The notes under the pieces: generated by a model | Database searches by the model: none | What the model was told of the DNA's origin: nothing | The model's input: only the letters and a program-made list of their open reading frames with translations | Shown: positions 47,670-47,765 of the stretch, one piece after another | How positions within the stretch are numbered: the first letter of the stretch is position 1 | Layout: the number at the start of each line of letters is the position of its first letter | Position numbers and translations under genes: made by a program | Source of the DNA: an uncultured Clostridia bacterium | Lineage (GTDB): Bacteria > CAYTYR01 > UBA6262 | Reading direction: 5' to 3' | NCBI GenBank assembly: GCA_964441745.1 | Contig: CAYTYR010000005.1 | Location: 62,001-109,765 of the forward strand | Length of the DNA stretch: 47,765 bases

Positions 47670-47691
47670 GGGGTCAGGCACTGAATCGTGA
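47670..47691 (+). repeat. GGGGTCAG-N4-TGAAT element, second island
   Basis: ggggtcaggcactgaatcgtga versus ggggtcagtccttgaattggga at 9652. Confidence 0.65.
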
Positions 47692-47765
47692 AAGTAAGAA
47701 ATAAATAAGTATTCAAGAAAGAAACAAAATCTAAACAAAATGAAACTAAAATTACTTTGTTTTGT

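Noticed and set aside
47740-47765. Possible start of a further gene (MKLKLLCF)
   Set aside because: Only 8 codons visible at the window edge

Overview
Mostly + strand chromosomal region of a diderm (LPS-making), moderately AT-rich bacterium. Housekeeping genes: argA-like GNAT, a PilGHI-like ABC cassette, tldE/pmbA, aroE-aroC-aroK-aroB-aroQ, pepP-efp-accB-accC, gmhA, hldC-like, thiC, GTP-PEPCK, cinA, thpR, ruvX-mltG, def, tldD and an LPS/lipid A cluster ending in an O-antigen ligase-GmhB fusion. Two accessory islands are present. One lies between aroB and aroQ (a long foldback element, two orphans, a truncated micro-ORF and an MNT-HEPN toxin-antitoxin pair). The other is an AT-rich defence-like island at the right end (frameshifted Zn-finger/PIN-like gene, type IIG restriction-modification enzyme, putative HEPN protein). 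The most striking signal is non-coding. Most larger intergenic gaps in these otherwise tightly packed operons hold imperfect hairpins built from 6-, 7-, 9- or 10-nt periodic units, in several recurring families. Nested inside some of them are precise, GC-rich mini-hairpin insertions, several with a CCTG foot. A GGGGTCAG-N4-TGAAT motif also occurs in both accessory islands. No rRNA, tRNA, CRISPR array, integrase or transposase was seen.
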